Positions 26,069-35,448 of a stretch of 39,423 nt of DNA are shown piece after piece. The stretch's first letter is position 1. Every line of letters begins with the position of its first letter. The notes beneath the pieces were generated by a model. It was not told where the DNA came from and ran no database searches. It worked only from the letters and a program-made list of their open reading frames with translations. The DNA comes from Alphaproteobacteria bacterium (GTDB taxonomy: Bacteria > Pseudomonadota > Alphaproteobacteria > UBA8366 > Aestuariispiraceae), in NCBI GenBank assembly GCA_029212835.1, contig JARGPE010000004.1, forward strand, positions 1-39,423, written 5' to 3'. Made by a program: the position numbers and the translations under genes.

Positions 26069-27193
26069 ATGCGAGTCGCCGTCATTGGGGGTGGTCCTGC
26101 AGGACTTTACGTCGGATATCTGCTGCGCCGTGCGTTTTCTGAGGCACAGATCGACATCATTGAACAAAATCCTGAAAATGTGACCTGGGGTTTTGGTGTG
26201 GTGTTTTCGGATACGGCGTTGGATTTCCTGAAAAATGATGACCCCGATACCCATGCGGCAATTGTTCCCCATATGGAAATGTGGCGAGATTTGACACTGG
26301 ATCATGCGGGCGAGCGCATTGCCATTGATGGCGTTGGCTTTGCCTCGATCGGTCGGCTGAAACTGTTGCAATTGCTGACGGAACGGGCACGCTCCGTTGG
26401 GCTGTCACCGCAATTTGGTACATCCTTAACGGATGTAAGTGCCTATCAGGACTACGATCTGATTATCGGCGCAGATGGGTTGAATTCCATTGTTCGGCAG
26501 GCAGGCTCTTTTGGCACCACACTGGAGCCATTGTCGAATAAGTTTGTTTGGTTCGGTGCCAAACGTCCCTTCGATACATTGACCCAAAGCTTTCGCGAAA
26601 CCCCGTTGGGGCGGTTTAATGCCCATCATTACCGATATGCACCGGATATGAGCACGTTTATCGTCGAAACAGATCAGCAGACCTGGGCCGCCGCAGGCTT
26701 TGCCGAGATGTCGGAAGAAGAAAGCCGTATTACGTGTGAACGGTTATTTGCCGATGTCTTAGAGGGGGCACCGCTGGTGGCGAATAAATCTCTGTGGCGA
26801 AATTTCCCTAAGCTGTGGAATGAAACGTGGTATGACGGCAATAAGGTGCTGTTGGGGGATTCCCTGCACACCGCGCATTTCTCCATCGGGTCAGGAACAC
26901 GTTTGGCAATGGAAGATGGGATCGCCCTGGTCCGTGCCTTGTCCGATGCCAAGGGGGATGTTGCCACGGCACTGCCTGCCTATCAGGCAGCCCGGAAGCC
27001 AATTGTTGAGAAAATTGTCGTGGCTGCGAACCGCAGTGCCCATTGGTATGAAGATTTCGCCAAGCATATGGATATGGCCCCATGGGATATGGCGGACAGT
27101 TATATCCGTCGGGCAGGGCGTATTGATGATGATCGCCTGCGCAAGCTGGCCCCGAAATTCATGGCCGGCCTGGACGCGCATCGCGCGGCGTAA
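26069..27193 (+). CDS. FAD-dependent monooxygenase resembling the hydroxylase domain of salicylyl-CoA 5-hydroxylase / anthraniloyl-CoA monooxygenase
   Basis: GGGPAG, TWGFGVVFS, GADGLNS, AHHYRY..STFIVE, GDSLHTAHFSIGSGTRLAMED. Confidence 0.85.
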   Translation: MRVAVIGGGPAGLYVGYLLRRAFSEAQIDIIEQNPENVTWGFGVVFSDTALDFLKNDDPDTHAAIVPHMEMWRDLTLDHAGERIAIDGVGFASIGRLKLLQLLTERARSVGLSPQFGTSLTDVSAYQDYDLIIGADGLNSIVRQAGSFGTTLEPLSNKFVWFGAKRPFDTLTQSFRETPLGRFNAHHYRYAPDMSTFIVETDQQTWAAAGFAEMSEEESRITCERLFADVLEGAPLVANKSLWRNFPKLWNETWYDGNKVLLGDSLHTAHFSIGSGTRLAMEDGIALVRALSDAKGDVATALPAYQAARKPIVEKIVVAANRSAHWYEDFAKHMDMAPWDMADSYIRRAGRIDDDRLRKLAPKFMAGLDAHRAA

Positions 27194-27232
27194 GGCACCA
27201 CAGCCAAAAATCGAATTTGAGGAGATATCCCG

Positions 27233-28813
27233 ATGACCACCGTTATCGATCCGGTTCCCAATGATACACCGGGCGCGCAGGAAATTCAGTTCTCAGTGCC
27301 TCATCATTATAATGCGGCCTCCATCCTGTTTGATAATCTGACCGCCGGACGGGGCGACAAGGTCGCCGTTGTGACGGAGAAGGACAGTCTATCCTACGCA
27401 CAGATTTGCGAACAATCCTGCCGCATTGGGAATGGATTGCTAGGTCTGGGGCTGGCGCGTGGTGATCGGGTTCTTTTGGTGCTGAATGACAGCCCTGATT
27501 ATGTTGCTGCGATCTTTGGCGCGCTGCGGGCTGGCTTGGTTCCGCTGCTGATCAATACGCTGTCCCCCGCAGATCAGATTGCTTTCTTTCTGGAAGATTC
27601 CGCTGCATCGGTTGCTTTGACCCATGGTGAGCATCAGGGCCTGTTTGCGGAATCACAGCCCAAGCACTTGATTTCCTTGGACTCTGAGGATGGAAAGGCC
27701 TGGATCGCCAATCAGTCCTCTGACCTAGCACAAGCAGATACGACGCGCGACGACATGGCGTTTTGGATGTATTCCTCTGGCTCCACCGGCAAGCCAAAGG
27801 GCGTGGTCCATTTGCATCATGACATGGCTTATACGGTAGAAAGTTATGCTAAGCGGGTTTTGGACATTCAAGAAACGGATATCTGCTTTTCTGTTCCAAA
27901 GATTTTCTTCGCTTATGGCTTTGGCAATTCCATCACGTTCCCCTTCGCGGTGGGGGCAACCACGGCTTTATTGCCGGGACGTCCAACGCCAGAGCGGATG
28001 TTTGCGTTGATTGCGAAATGCCGACCGACATTATTTTTTGCCTTGCCGACGGTCTACACGGCGCTGATTAAACATCCCGCAGCGGCAACGGCGAACCTGT
28101 CCAGTGTGCGCCTGTGCATCTCAGCGGCAGAAGTTCTGTCTGGCGATGTATTCACGGCCTGGAAGAACCGCTTTGGTCACGAGATCATGGAGGGATTGGG
28201 GTCAACCGAAGTGCTGCATATTTACCTGTCCAACACATTGGATCAGAAGAAACTGGGATCAGCGGGCAAACGGGTACCGGGCTATGAGTTGAAGTTGACT
28301 GATCGGGACGGCCAGCCCGTCGAACCTGGTGAGGAGGGCATTCTTTGGATCCGGGGTGATTCTGATGCGCCCTGTTATTGGAACCGCCCGGACAAGACCG
28401 CAGAGACGATGCGTGGGGATTGGATCTGGACAGGGGATCGTTTCACGCTTGATGGGGATGGCTTCTATTTCTTCCGCGGTCGTGCCGATGACTTAATCAA
28501 GGTCAGTGGCCAATGGGTTTATCCGCTGGAGGTCGAACTGTGCCTGAATGAGCATCCAAAGGTGACGGAATGTGCCGTGATGGGGCTGACAATGGCCGAT
28601 GGGCGCACGACCCTGGTAGCCGCCGTTGCCCCCAGTCAGGGCGTCGCTGGAGACGAAACTTTGTCGTCTGAATTGAAGGATTATGTGAAGACGACATTGC
28701 TGCCATATAAATATCCGCGCCGTTTCCTGTTTCTGGATACTTTGCCAAAGACTGGCACTGACAAGCTGGACAGGCAGGCCTGTAAACGCCTGTTAAGTGA
28801 CGATTCCGCATAA
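27233..28813 (+). CDS. Benzoate-CoA ligase family aryl-CoA ligase
   Basis: AFWMYSSGSTGKPKGVVH, KIFFAYGFGNS, SAAE, GLGSTE, TGD, GRADDLIKVSGQWVYP.EVE, YKYPR. Confidence 0.9.
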   Translation: MTTVIDPVPNDTPGAQEIQFSVPHHYNAASILFDNLTAGRGDKVAVVTEKDSLSYAQICEQSCRIGNGLLGLGLARGDRVLLVLNDSPDYVAAIFGALRAGLVPLLINTLSPADQIAFFLEDSAASVALTHGEHQGLFAESQPKHLISLDSEDGKAWIANQSSDLAQADTTRDDMAFWMYSSGSTGKPKGVVHLHHDMAYTVESYAKRVLDIQETDICFSVPKIFFAYGFGNSITFPFAVGATTALLPGRPTPERMFALIAKCRPTLFFALPTVYTALIKHPAAATANLSSVRLCISAAEVLSGDVFTAWKNRFGHEIMEGLGSTEVLHIYLSNTLDQKKLGSAGKRVPGYELKLTDRDGQPVEPGEEGILWIRGDSDAPCYWNRPDKTAETMRGDWIWTGDRFTLDGDGFYFFRGRADDLIKVSGQWVYPLEVELCLNEHPKVTECAVMGLTMADGRTTLVAAVAPSQGVAGDETLSSELKDYVKTTLLPYKYPRRFLFLDTLPKTGTDKLDRQACKRLLSDDSA

Positions 28814-28904
28814 CTGTTGCGAGAAGGCGTTCATTGCAATCTGTCTAGGGCTATGGTCAAACCATTGCCGTCGTAACCCTGATGCAATGAATTGAGCTTG
28901 TTTC

Positions 28905-29843
28905 GTGCGTGATCAAACCAGTGATGCATTAGAGAACTCCGCAGCCCAGCTTCAGCGCCGGAGCGCGGAAGCATATTTGCTGCTGACCTTCACCATGCTG
29001 TGTTGGGGCGCGAATGCTATTATGGGACAGCTTGCGGTGGGGGAGGTATCCCCAATGCTGGTCGTCCTGGGGCGATGGGCCGGGGTGATGATCCTGTGCG
29101 GCGTTTTTATGCGCCGCCATTTGCGGCGGGATTGGCCGATACTGCGTAAGAACCTTGTATTCCTGTCAATTGCAGGGGCCTTGGGGTTTACCTCTTATAA
29201 CGCGCTGTTCTATTTGGCGGCGCATTCCACCAGTGGGTTGAATATCGGGATTTTGCAGGGGGCGATGCCGGTATTTGTCGCTATGGGCGCTTTCCTGGTC
29301 TATCGCACGCGTATTACCTATCTTCAGTTTCTGGGGGTCGTTCTGACACTTGCTGGTGTCATCATTATTGCCAGCGAGGGCAGCCTTGGACGGTTGCTGC
29401 ACTTACAGTTTAAGCTGGGCGATCTCTTAATGATTTGTGCCAGTTTCCTGTATGCGGGGTACACAATTGCCCTGCGCAAGCGACCAGCAGTGTCCCCGCT
29501 TAGCCTGTTTGCGGTGATGGCTGCGAGTGCCTTTGTTGTGTCAATTCCCCTGGCTGGCATTGAATATGGGTTTGGGGCGTCGCAATGGCCATCGCCCTTT
29601 GGCTGGATGGTCATCGCCTTAATAACGATTTTTCCGTCCTTTTTAGCGCAGCTGTTTTTCATCTATGGGGTGGACCGGGTTGGACCCAGCCGGGCTGGAG
29701 TCTTTATGAACCTGGTCCCGATCTTTGCAGCAGGCATGGCTGTGCTGGTGCTGAAGGAGGCCTTTGAAATTTACCATGCCATCGCCTTGACCCTGGTTCT
29801 AATAGGTATTTACCTGTCAGAGAAATTTAAGGCAGCGGGCTGA
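28905..29843 (+). CDS. DMT/EamA-family transporter
   Basis: About 10 hydrophobic segments; WGAN, GDLLM, GPSRAGVFMNLVPIF. Start uncertain (GTG). Confidence 0.88.
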   Translation: MRDQTSDALENSAAQLQRRSAEAYLLLTFTMLCWGANAIMGQLAVGEVSPMLVVLGRWAGVMILCGVFMRRHLRRDWPILRKNLVFLSIAGALGFTSYNALFYLAAHSTSGLNIGILQGAMPVFVAMGAFLVYRTRITYLQFLGVVLTLAGVIIIASEGSLGRLLHLQFKLGDLLMICASFLYAGYTIALRKRPAVSPLSLFAVMAASAFVVSIPLAGIEYGFGASQWPSPFGWMVIALITIFPSFLAQLFFIYGVDRVGPSRAGVFMNLVPIFAAGMAVLVLKEAFEIYHAIALTLVLIGIYLSEKFKAAG

Positions 29844-30605
29844 TTAATACAGATGCTGACCGCCGGTGACGAATATTTCTGTTCCCGTGACATAGCTGAA
29901 ATCTGAATTACTGAGCTGGAAGACGCAGGCTGCGACTTCTTGAGCCTTACCCATTCGCTGCATTGGGATGCGCGCGATCAGGGGTTCATATTCCTCCCCG
30001 ATCATTTCAGTCTCAATCTCGCCGGGGGCAACGGCGTTCACGCGCACGCCCAACTGTGCAAATTCCACACACAACTCCCGCGTCAGGGCTGACAAGGCAG
30101 CTTTTGAGGTGGAATAAGCGGATCCGGCGAATGGATGAATTGCATGTCCTGCAATAGAGGTAATATTCACAATCGCCGCGCCATTACCCTGGCGAGATCC
30201 CCGACCTAAGGCGCGGGCAAAGCCGCGACACAGGGTCAAGGGTGTGAAGAAATTCAATTCAAAAACCTCACGCCATCTGTCCAGATCCCCATTCAAGCAG
30301 CCCAGGCGTTCCTTAAACGCGGCCTTTGGCGATACGGCGGCATTGTTGACCAGCGCATGGACCGGCTCGTCCCCTAGAATTTCATTGGCCTTCTTCACAA
30401 AGGCTTCGACATCGCCCTTATCGCTGAGGTCGGTTGGGATATGATGCGTCCAGTTGGGATCAGCACGGCAATGATCTGGGATGCCTTCTCGCGAACACGT
30501 GATGATCCGCCACCCTTCATCGGAGAAGCGCTGCACCGTGGCGTGCCCAATCCCCCGGCTGGCACCGGTCAGAATGACGGTTTTGCGCTCTTTGGTATCG
30601 CTCAT
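29844..30605 (-). CDS. Short-chain dehydrogenase/reductase, FixR-like
   Basis: TGASRGIG, VNNAA, YSTSK. Segments GWRIITCSR, SPK, HPFAGSAY and GGQHL recall Bradyrhizobium FixR (from memory). Confidence 0.85.
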   Translation of the reverse strand: MSDTKERKTVILTGASRGIGHATVQRFSDEGWRIITCSREGIPDHCRADPNWTHHIPTDLSDKGDVEAFVKKANEILGDEPVHALVNNAAVSPKAAFKERLGCLNGDLDRWREVFELNFFTPLTLCRGFARALGRGSRQGNGAAIVNITSIAGHAIHPFAGSAYSTSKAALSALTRELCVEFAQLGVRVNAVAPGEIETEMIGEEYEPLIARIPMQRMGKAQEVAACVFQLSNSDFSYVTGTEIFVTGGQHLY

Positions 30606-31564
30606 GGCTTCTTGGTCCCACTCTCAGTTTCTGGGGGATGGTCGGGCAACGACAAAACGGGATCCTGGTGCACAAAGACCTCAGCCCCAGGAAAGGCGAG
30701 CATGACTTCCTTCTCCACAGCATCGGCCGTCGTATGCGCCCGATTTAGGGATAGATGGGCATTAAAATCCAAATGCATCTGAATAAAGGTATCCGGGCCG
30801 GACTTCCGGCTGCGCAGGTCATGAACGCCCAGAACATCGGGGTAGGACAAGGCGATGGCACGAATGCGTTCCCGATCTGCTTCGGGCAATTCATGATCCA
30901 TCAACATCTGGAACGACTCGCTTCCAACCTGCCATGCGCCATAGGCGATGAATGCTGCAATCGCGATGCCAAACAGGGGGTCAACCAGCGGCACATCAAA
31001 ACTGCCAGAGATCACCAAGGCTGCGATCACCCCAAGATTGGCATAGAGATCAGCCTTGTAATGCGCGGAATCCGCTGTGACAGCGACGGAACTGGAGCGC
31101 GCAATTACGAAGCGTTGGAAGGTCACTAAAGCCAATGTAGCGAAGATGGAGAAAACCATCACCGCGATGCCAATATTGGTCGCCTGGATTGGTTGTGGTG
31201 TCAGCAATCGATCAATTGCTTCGACCAGAAGCAAGAGGGCTGAACCCGCAATAAAGCCTGATTGTGCCAAGGCGGCCAAAGGTTCCGCCTTCCCATGGCC
31301 AAAGCGATGTTCGCTGTCTGCGGGCACCATGGCATGACGCACCGCCAACAGGGTGATCAGCGATGCGACTAAGTCCAGCATGGAATCGATCAGGCTGGAC
31401 AGCATTGCAACCGAGTCTGTTAGAACCCAGGCGCCCAGTTTGGTTGCGATTAAGATCCCAGCTGTTGTTGCAGACGCATAGGTTGCGTAACGCAACAGCT
31501 TTTGCTGTTTCGAATGGCCTCTGCCGAGGTTTTTGACGGGGTCTGTTACTGCCGGGTCGCTCAT
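30602..31564 (-). CDS. fieF: Cation diffusion facilitator (FieF/YiiP-like)
   Basis: SLIDSMLD, PADSEHRFGHGKAEPLA, ADSAHYKAD, VHDLRSRKSG, HQDP. Confidence 0.88.
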   Translation of the reverse strand: MSDPAVTDPVKNLGRGHSKQQKLLRYATYASATTAGILIATKLGAWVLTDSVAMLSSLIDSMLDLVASLITLLAVRHAMVPADSEHRFGHGKAEPLAALAQSGFIAGSALLLLVEAIDRLLTPQPIQATNIGIAVMVFSIFATLALVTFQRFVIARSSSVAVTADSAHYKADLYANLGVIAALVISGSFDVPLVDPLFGIAIAAFIAYGAWQVGSESFQMLMDHELPEADRERIRAIALSYPDVLGVHDLRSRKSGPDTFIQMHLDFNAHLSLNRAHTTADAVEKEVMLAFPGAEVFVHQDPVLSLPDHPPETESGTKKP

Positions 31565-31576
31565 CGCCTGAGAATT

Positions 31577-32173
31577 CTAGGGGAACAACCGCGTGATCGT
31601 CCAGGATTCATCTGGCGTCTCGCGGGTGAATGTGTGGCGATCATGTAGGCGAAATGCTCCGTCCTTCCAAAATTCGATATAGCGCGGGCTGACACGGAAT
31701 CCAGACCAATGGGCCGGGCGCGGCACCGTTCCAAGACCGTACTTGGTGGCATATTTCGCGACTCGCTTTTCCAATTCGAACCGACCATCGCAAGGGCGCG
31801 ATTGATCGCTGGCCCAAGCACCAATCTGGCTTTGTTTTGCGCGGGAGGCGAAATATTCGTCTGCTTCGGCATCTGTGACCGGGGTCACGGGACCTTCGAT
31901 CCGGATTTGTCGGCGCAGGCTTTTCCAATGGAACAACAGGGCGGCATTTTGGTTTTCCGCCAATTGACGACCTTTCTTGCTTTCCAGATTGGTATAGAAA
32001 ACGAATCCGTCGTGATCATACCCTTTCAGCAGTACCATGCGCAGCGAGGGACGCCCTTGGGCATCCGCAGTTGCCAAAGCCATGCCGTTTGGATCATTGG
32101 GTTCTGAGGATTCTGCCTCTGCCATCCAGTCCGCAAAAAGTTTGAATGGGTCGGTCTCTTTAAAATCGGTCAT
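31577..32173 (-). CDS. pdxH: Pyridoxine/pyridoxamine 5'-phosphate oxidase
   Basis: [46 protein letters not shown]. Start placed at 32173. Confidence 0.96.
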   Translation of the reverse strand: MTDFKETDPFKLFADWMAEAESSEPNDPNGMALATADAQGRPSLRMVLLKGYDHDGFVFYTNLESKKGRQLAENQNAALLFHWKSLRRQIRIEGPVTPVTDAEADEYFASRAKQSQIGAWASDQSRPCDGRFELEKRVAKYATKYGLGTVPRPAHWSGFRVSPRYIEFWKDGAFRLHDRHTFTRETPDESWTITRLFP

Positions 32174-32353
32174 GTGATCGCCATAATTATGATGTGTAGT
32201 TTCTATATAGAGGGCAGGATGCACAGTCTCAACGGGCGTGAAAAGGTTTCCGGATGCTGCGACGGAATTTTAGACGCTGTACGTCTTCAATATGTTGCTG
32301 CTACGGGCCGACCTCATTAGGTTGGACGTCATATAACTAGGAGGTTTTTTATT

Positions 32354-32857
32354 ATGGTATCCACTTTGCGACTGCTTCCCAAACGGATGGCTGGTCAGGC
32401 TGTGGCATTGGCTCTTGTAAGCGCGATCGGCCTCAGTGCCTGTTCTGGCGCGGGTCAGAAAGAAACGATTGGCGGTGCCGGTGGTGCTGTCTTGGGCGGC
32501 GTGTTGGGGTCTCAAGTTGGTAAAGGTAAGGGACAACTTGTCGCGGTTGGTCTTGGTGCCGTGCTGGGTGCTTTGGCAGGGTCTTCGGTTGGTCGGTCCT
32601 TGGACGAAGTCGATAAGATGAAGATCAACAACACGACCCAGCGCGCGCTGGAAACCCAACCGGATCAGCAGGCGTCGACATGGACGAATCCCAATACCGG
32701 AAACTCAGGTGCGGTGACGCCTCAGAAGACCTATCAGAACAATGATGGTCAGTATTGCCGTGAATTCACGCAAACCGTGGATATCGGGGGTGAGTCTCAG
32801 CAAGCTTATGGTACGGCCTGTCGTCAGCCAGACGGAACTTGGAAAATAGTCAGTTAA
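32354..32857 (+). CDS. Glycine-zipper lipoprotein, 17-kDa surface antigen (RT0821/Lpp0805) family
   Basis: Lipobox LSAC, Gly-zipper GGAGGAVLGGVLG...GAVLGALAG, WTNPNTGNSG, YCREF, YGTACRQPDGTW. Confidence 0.9.
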   Translation: MVSTLRLLPKRMAGQAVALALVSAIGLSACSGAGQKETIGGAGGAVLGGVLGSQVGKGKGQLVAVGLGAVLGALAGSSVGRSLDEVDKMKINNTTQRALETQPDQQASTWTNPNTGNSGAVTPQKTYQNNDGQYCREFTQTVDIGGESQQAYGTACRQPDGTWKIVS

Positions 32858-32961
32858 ATCCTATATCCTGTCTGCTTTAGGAACGTTTCTTGCTTGCCTT
32901 CGCACGCAGGACCGCAATGGTGTGCCTGAGCGTGAGTTGCATGTATAGGAGTGGGTAAACA

Positions 32962-33888
32962 ATGGCAGTCGGGACAGGTATGAAAGATCCCTATGAAGTA
33001 CTTGGCGTAAAGCGTAACGCGAGCGCTGAAGAGATAAAACAGGCGTATCGCAAGTTAGCGAAGGAGTTTCATCCGGATCTAAATCCGAATGACCCAATCG
33101 TTGAGCAGCGCTTTAAGGAAGTTTCCAACGCCCATAGTATTTTGGGCGATAAGGAAAAGCGTGCCAAATTCGACCGGGGCGAGATCGGTGCTGATGGTGC
33201 TGCCCGAGGTGGTTTTGGTGGCGGTGCTGGTCCTGGCGGACGAGGGGCTGGCGGCTTTGCCGGCGGTTTTGGCGGTGCGGCAGCAGAAGACATTTTTGCC
33301 GATCTGTTCGGGCGCAATCGCGGGCGCACGCGCACCATGGAAATGAAGGGCAAGGATGTCAGCTATTCGCTACGTGTTTCCTTCATGGAAGCCGCGAAGG
33401 GCATGACACGGCGGATCAACCTCTATGATGGGAAAAGCCTGGATGTCCGCATTCCGCCTGGCACAGAAGATGGCCAGACTCTGCGCCTTAAGCAGCAGGG
33501 CATGCCCGGTATGGGCGGTGGCGCTGCGGGCGATGCCTTTATCGAAGTTCAGGTAGATACGCATCCGTTCTTTGAGCGGGACGGCAATGATATCTTCTTG
33601 GATGTCCCAATTACCCTGGCTGAAGCAGTGCTGGGCGGCAAAATCACGGTGCCAACTGTCCATGGCAATGTATCTGTCACGGTACCTGCAGGGTCCAATA
33701 GCGGCACCAGCTTGCGCCTGCGGGGCAAGGGCATTCAGCCCAGCAGTGGCGTCGCGGGTGATCAATTTGCCAAGCTGATCGTGGTGCTACCCGATAAACC
33801 GGATAAGGCCTTGGTTGATTTCGTCAAGGAATGGTCGAAAGACTATGACTATGACGTGCGCAAACGCGTTGGCCTGGACAGGCCGTGA
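32962..33888 (+). CDS. DnaJ-class co-chaperone without zinc finger (CbpA-like)
   Basis: J domain with HPD, G/F-rich linker, C-terminal domains (LRLKQQG, EAVLGG, LRLRGKG); no CxxCxGxG repeats. Confidence 0.93.
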   Translation: MAVGTGMKDPYEVLGVKRNASAEEIKQAYRKLAKEFHPDLNPNDPIVEQRFKEVSNAHSILGDKEKRAKFDRGEIGADGAARGGFGGGAGPGGRGAGGFAGGFGGAAAEDIFADLFGRNRGRTRTMEMKGKDVSYSLRVSFMEAAKGMTRRINLYDGKSLDVRIPPGTEDGQTLRLKQQGMPGMGGGAAGDAFIEVQVDTHPFFERDGNDIFLDVPITLAEAVLGGKITVPTVHGNVSVTVPAGSNSGTSLRLRGKGIQPSSGVAGDQFAKLIVVLPDKPDKALVDFVKEWSKDYDYDVRKRVGLDRP

Positions 33889-33892
33889 TTCC

Positions 33893-35305
33893 TCAGCCGC
33901 TTTGAGACAATGCCCCCAGGCCGATTAATGCAAGGACCTTGGTGTTGAAACTGGCTTTTGATTCGCCAGGGGGGCCGTCCTCTTCTTCGGGCAGTTGCTC
34001 ACTGTCAGTGGATTGTGGTGTCAGCAAGCTGCGCAGATCCGTGCGCATCAGCTCATCACGGGCTTTGCTATAATCCTTCAGGATTGTGCTCAGTCGCTGC
34101 CCCCAATTTGTGTTCAATTGGCCCCGCGGCATTCTGCCGGACAGGTCTATCCCCAAATCTTCGTGCAAAGTTGCTAGGTCGACTAAGGCGAGATCGCGCG
34201 ACAGAACCCATTTATGACCATCCACACGGGCAATGTAGTTCAGCTTCTTGAGTTGCCGCGTCGCCCAGCCCTGCGCTTGGGGGCCGACTTTGGCGGCACG
34301 GGCCAGTCGACGCTCCGACAGGGGGCTGCCATCGGCAGAGGCCCTTTGCAGGGCGCTCAGAACAGACAAGGCGGCTGCCAAACGATGCAGCGGCGTTAGG
34401 CCCTCACGGCGCGGATTGCGTTGACCGTGGCGCCATTCCGGTAATCCGGCAGTCACTTCTGCCCCGAACAGGACCACCATCCAACTGAGATAGACCCAGA
34501 TCAGAAAGATCGGGATCGTCGCCATGGCACCATAGATCGTCTCATAGGTTGGGAAGGCAGTGATATAGATGCCAAACCCGCGCTTGAGCAGGTCCAGCAT
34601 GACCCCTGCGATTAATCCACCGATCAAGGCGTCCCGGCGGCGCACGGGATAATTTGGCATCACCAGATACAAAACGGACAATCCCGCAGTTTGCAGCAGG
34701 AAGGGGATAACCATGGCCAAATTCGCCAAATTGCCCGTGATCGATTCGACATTACTGGCCCGAGCAATGGCAAACAGATAGCCAGAAAGAGAAATGGAGG
34801 CACCAAATAACATTGGGGCCAGGGTCAGGACCGCCCAGAATACCATTAGGCGAGATACGACACCGCGCGTCTGTTTTGTCTGCCAGATCATGTTCATCGT
34901 GTTTGAAATCGTCATCAACAGCATGACGGCGCTGAGCGCCAGAAACACGATCCCGACGGCGGTTAGTCGCCCTGTCTGGGCGGTGAACTTTTCCAGATAG
35001 CCTTGTACTTCGTCGCCGACGGAGGGGATGAAATTGCTGAATAGATAGCTCTGTACTTCGGTTTTCAGCGAATCGTATGCAGGAAAGGCGGAAAAAATTG
35101 CAAAGCTGACGGCAAGCAGCGGTACCATAGCCAGCAGAGAGGTGAAGGTCAGGGCGGCTGCGCGCTGTTGACAGCCATCTATGTTGAACCGCATGGCCGC
35201 ATAGTAGAAAAACAGGAAAATGTCCTTTAACACCTTGGTTGTATTGGCTTTTGGTGGTGCTTTCTTCTCTGGCATTTTGCTACTGCTTTCCGTTATATCA
35301 TTCAT
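33893..35305 (-). CDS. YihY/BrkB-family inner-membrane protein with C-terminal extension
   Basis: AAALTFTSLLAMVP, YETIYGAMATIPIFLIWVYLSW..VLFGAE; about 170 extra C-terminal residues with an HTH-like segment. Confidence 0.88.
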   Translation of the reverse strand: MNDITESSSKMPEKKAPPKANTTKVLKDIFLFFYYAAMRFNIDGCQQRAAALTFTSLLAMVPLLAVSFAIFSAFPAYDSLKTEVQSYLFSNFIPSVGDEVQGYLEKFTAQTGRLTAVGIVFLALSAVMLLMTISNTMNMIWQTKQTRGVVSRLMVFWAVLTLAPMLFGASISLSGYLFAIARASNVESITGNLANLAMVIPFLLQTAGLSVLYLVMPNYPVRRRDALIGGLIAGVMLDLLKRGFGIYITAFPTYETIYGAMATIPIFLIWVYLSWMVVLFGAEVTAGLPEWRHGQRNPRREGLTPLHRLAAALSVLSALQRASADGSPLSERRLARAAKVGPQAQGWATRQLKKLNYIARVDGHKWVLSRDLALVDLATLHEDLGIDLSGRMPRGQLNTNWGQRLSTILKDYSKARDELMRTDLRSLLTPQSTDSEQLPEEEDGPPGESKASFNTKVLALIGLGALSQSG

Positions 35306-35448
35306 ACCGCTTTCCCATCTGGTTCTAAGTTAGTATAGCGGGTCTACGCGAAGTTTCGATAGGGGCTTCGCTTTGACGGATTGAGTCCTCGCGTTTAGAG
35401 TACGGCTCATTCTAATGGACGACGATATTTTTCTGGAGATTATAGGGC

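Noticed and set aside
33185-33280. GGN-rich low-complexity tract
   Set aside because: Encodes the normal G/F-rich linker of the DnaJ protein; not a repeat array.
35320-35416. TTCTAA/TTTAGA half-sites as Irr (ICE) boxes
   Set aside because: They do not form the TTTAGAA-N3-TTCTAAA arrangement.
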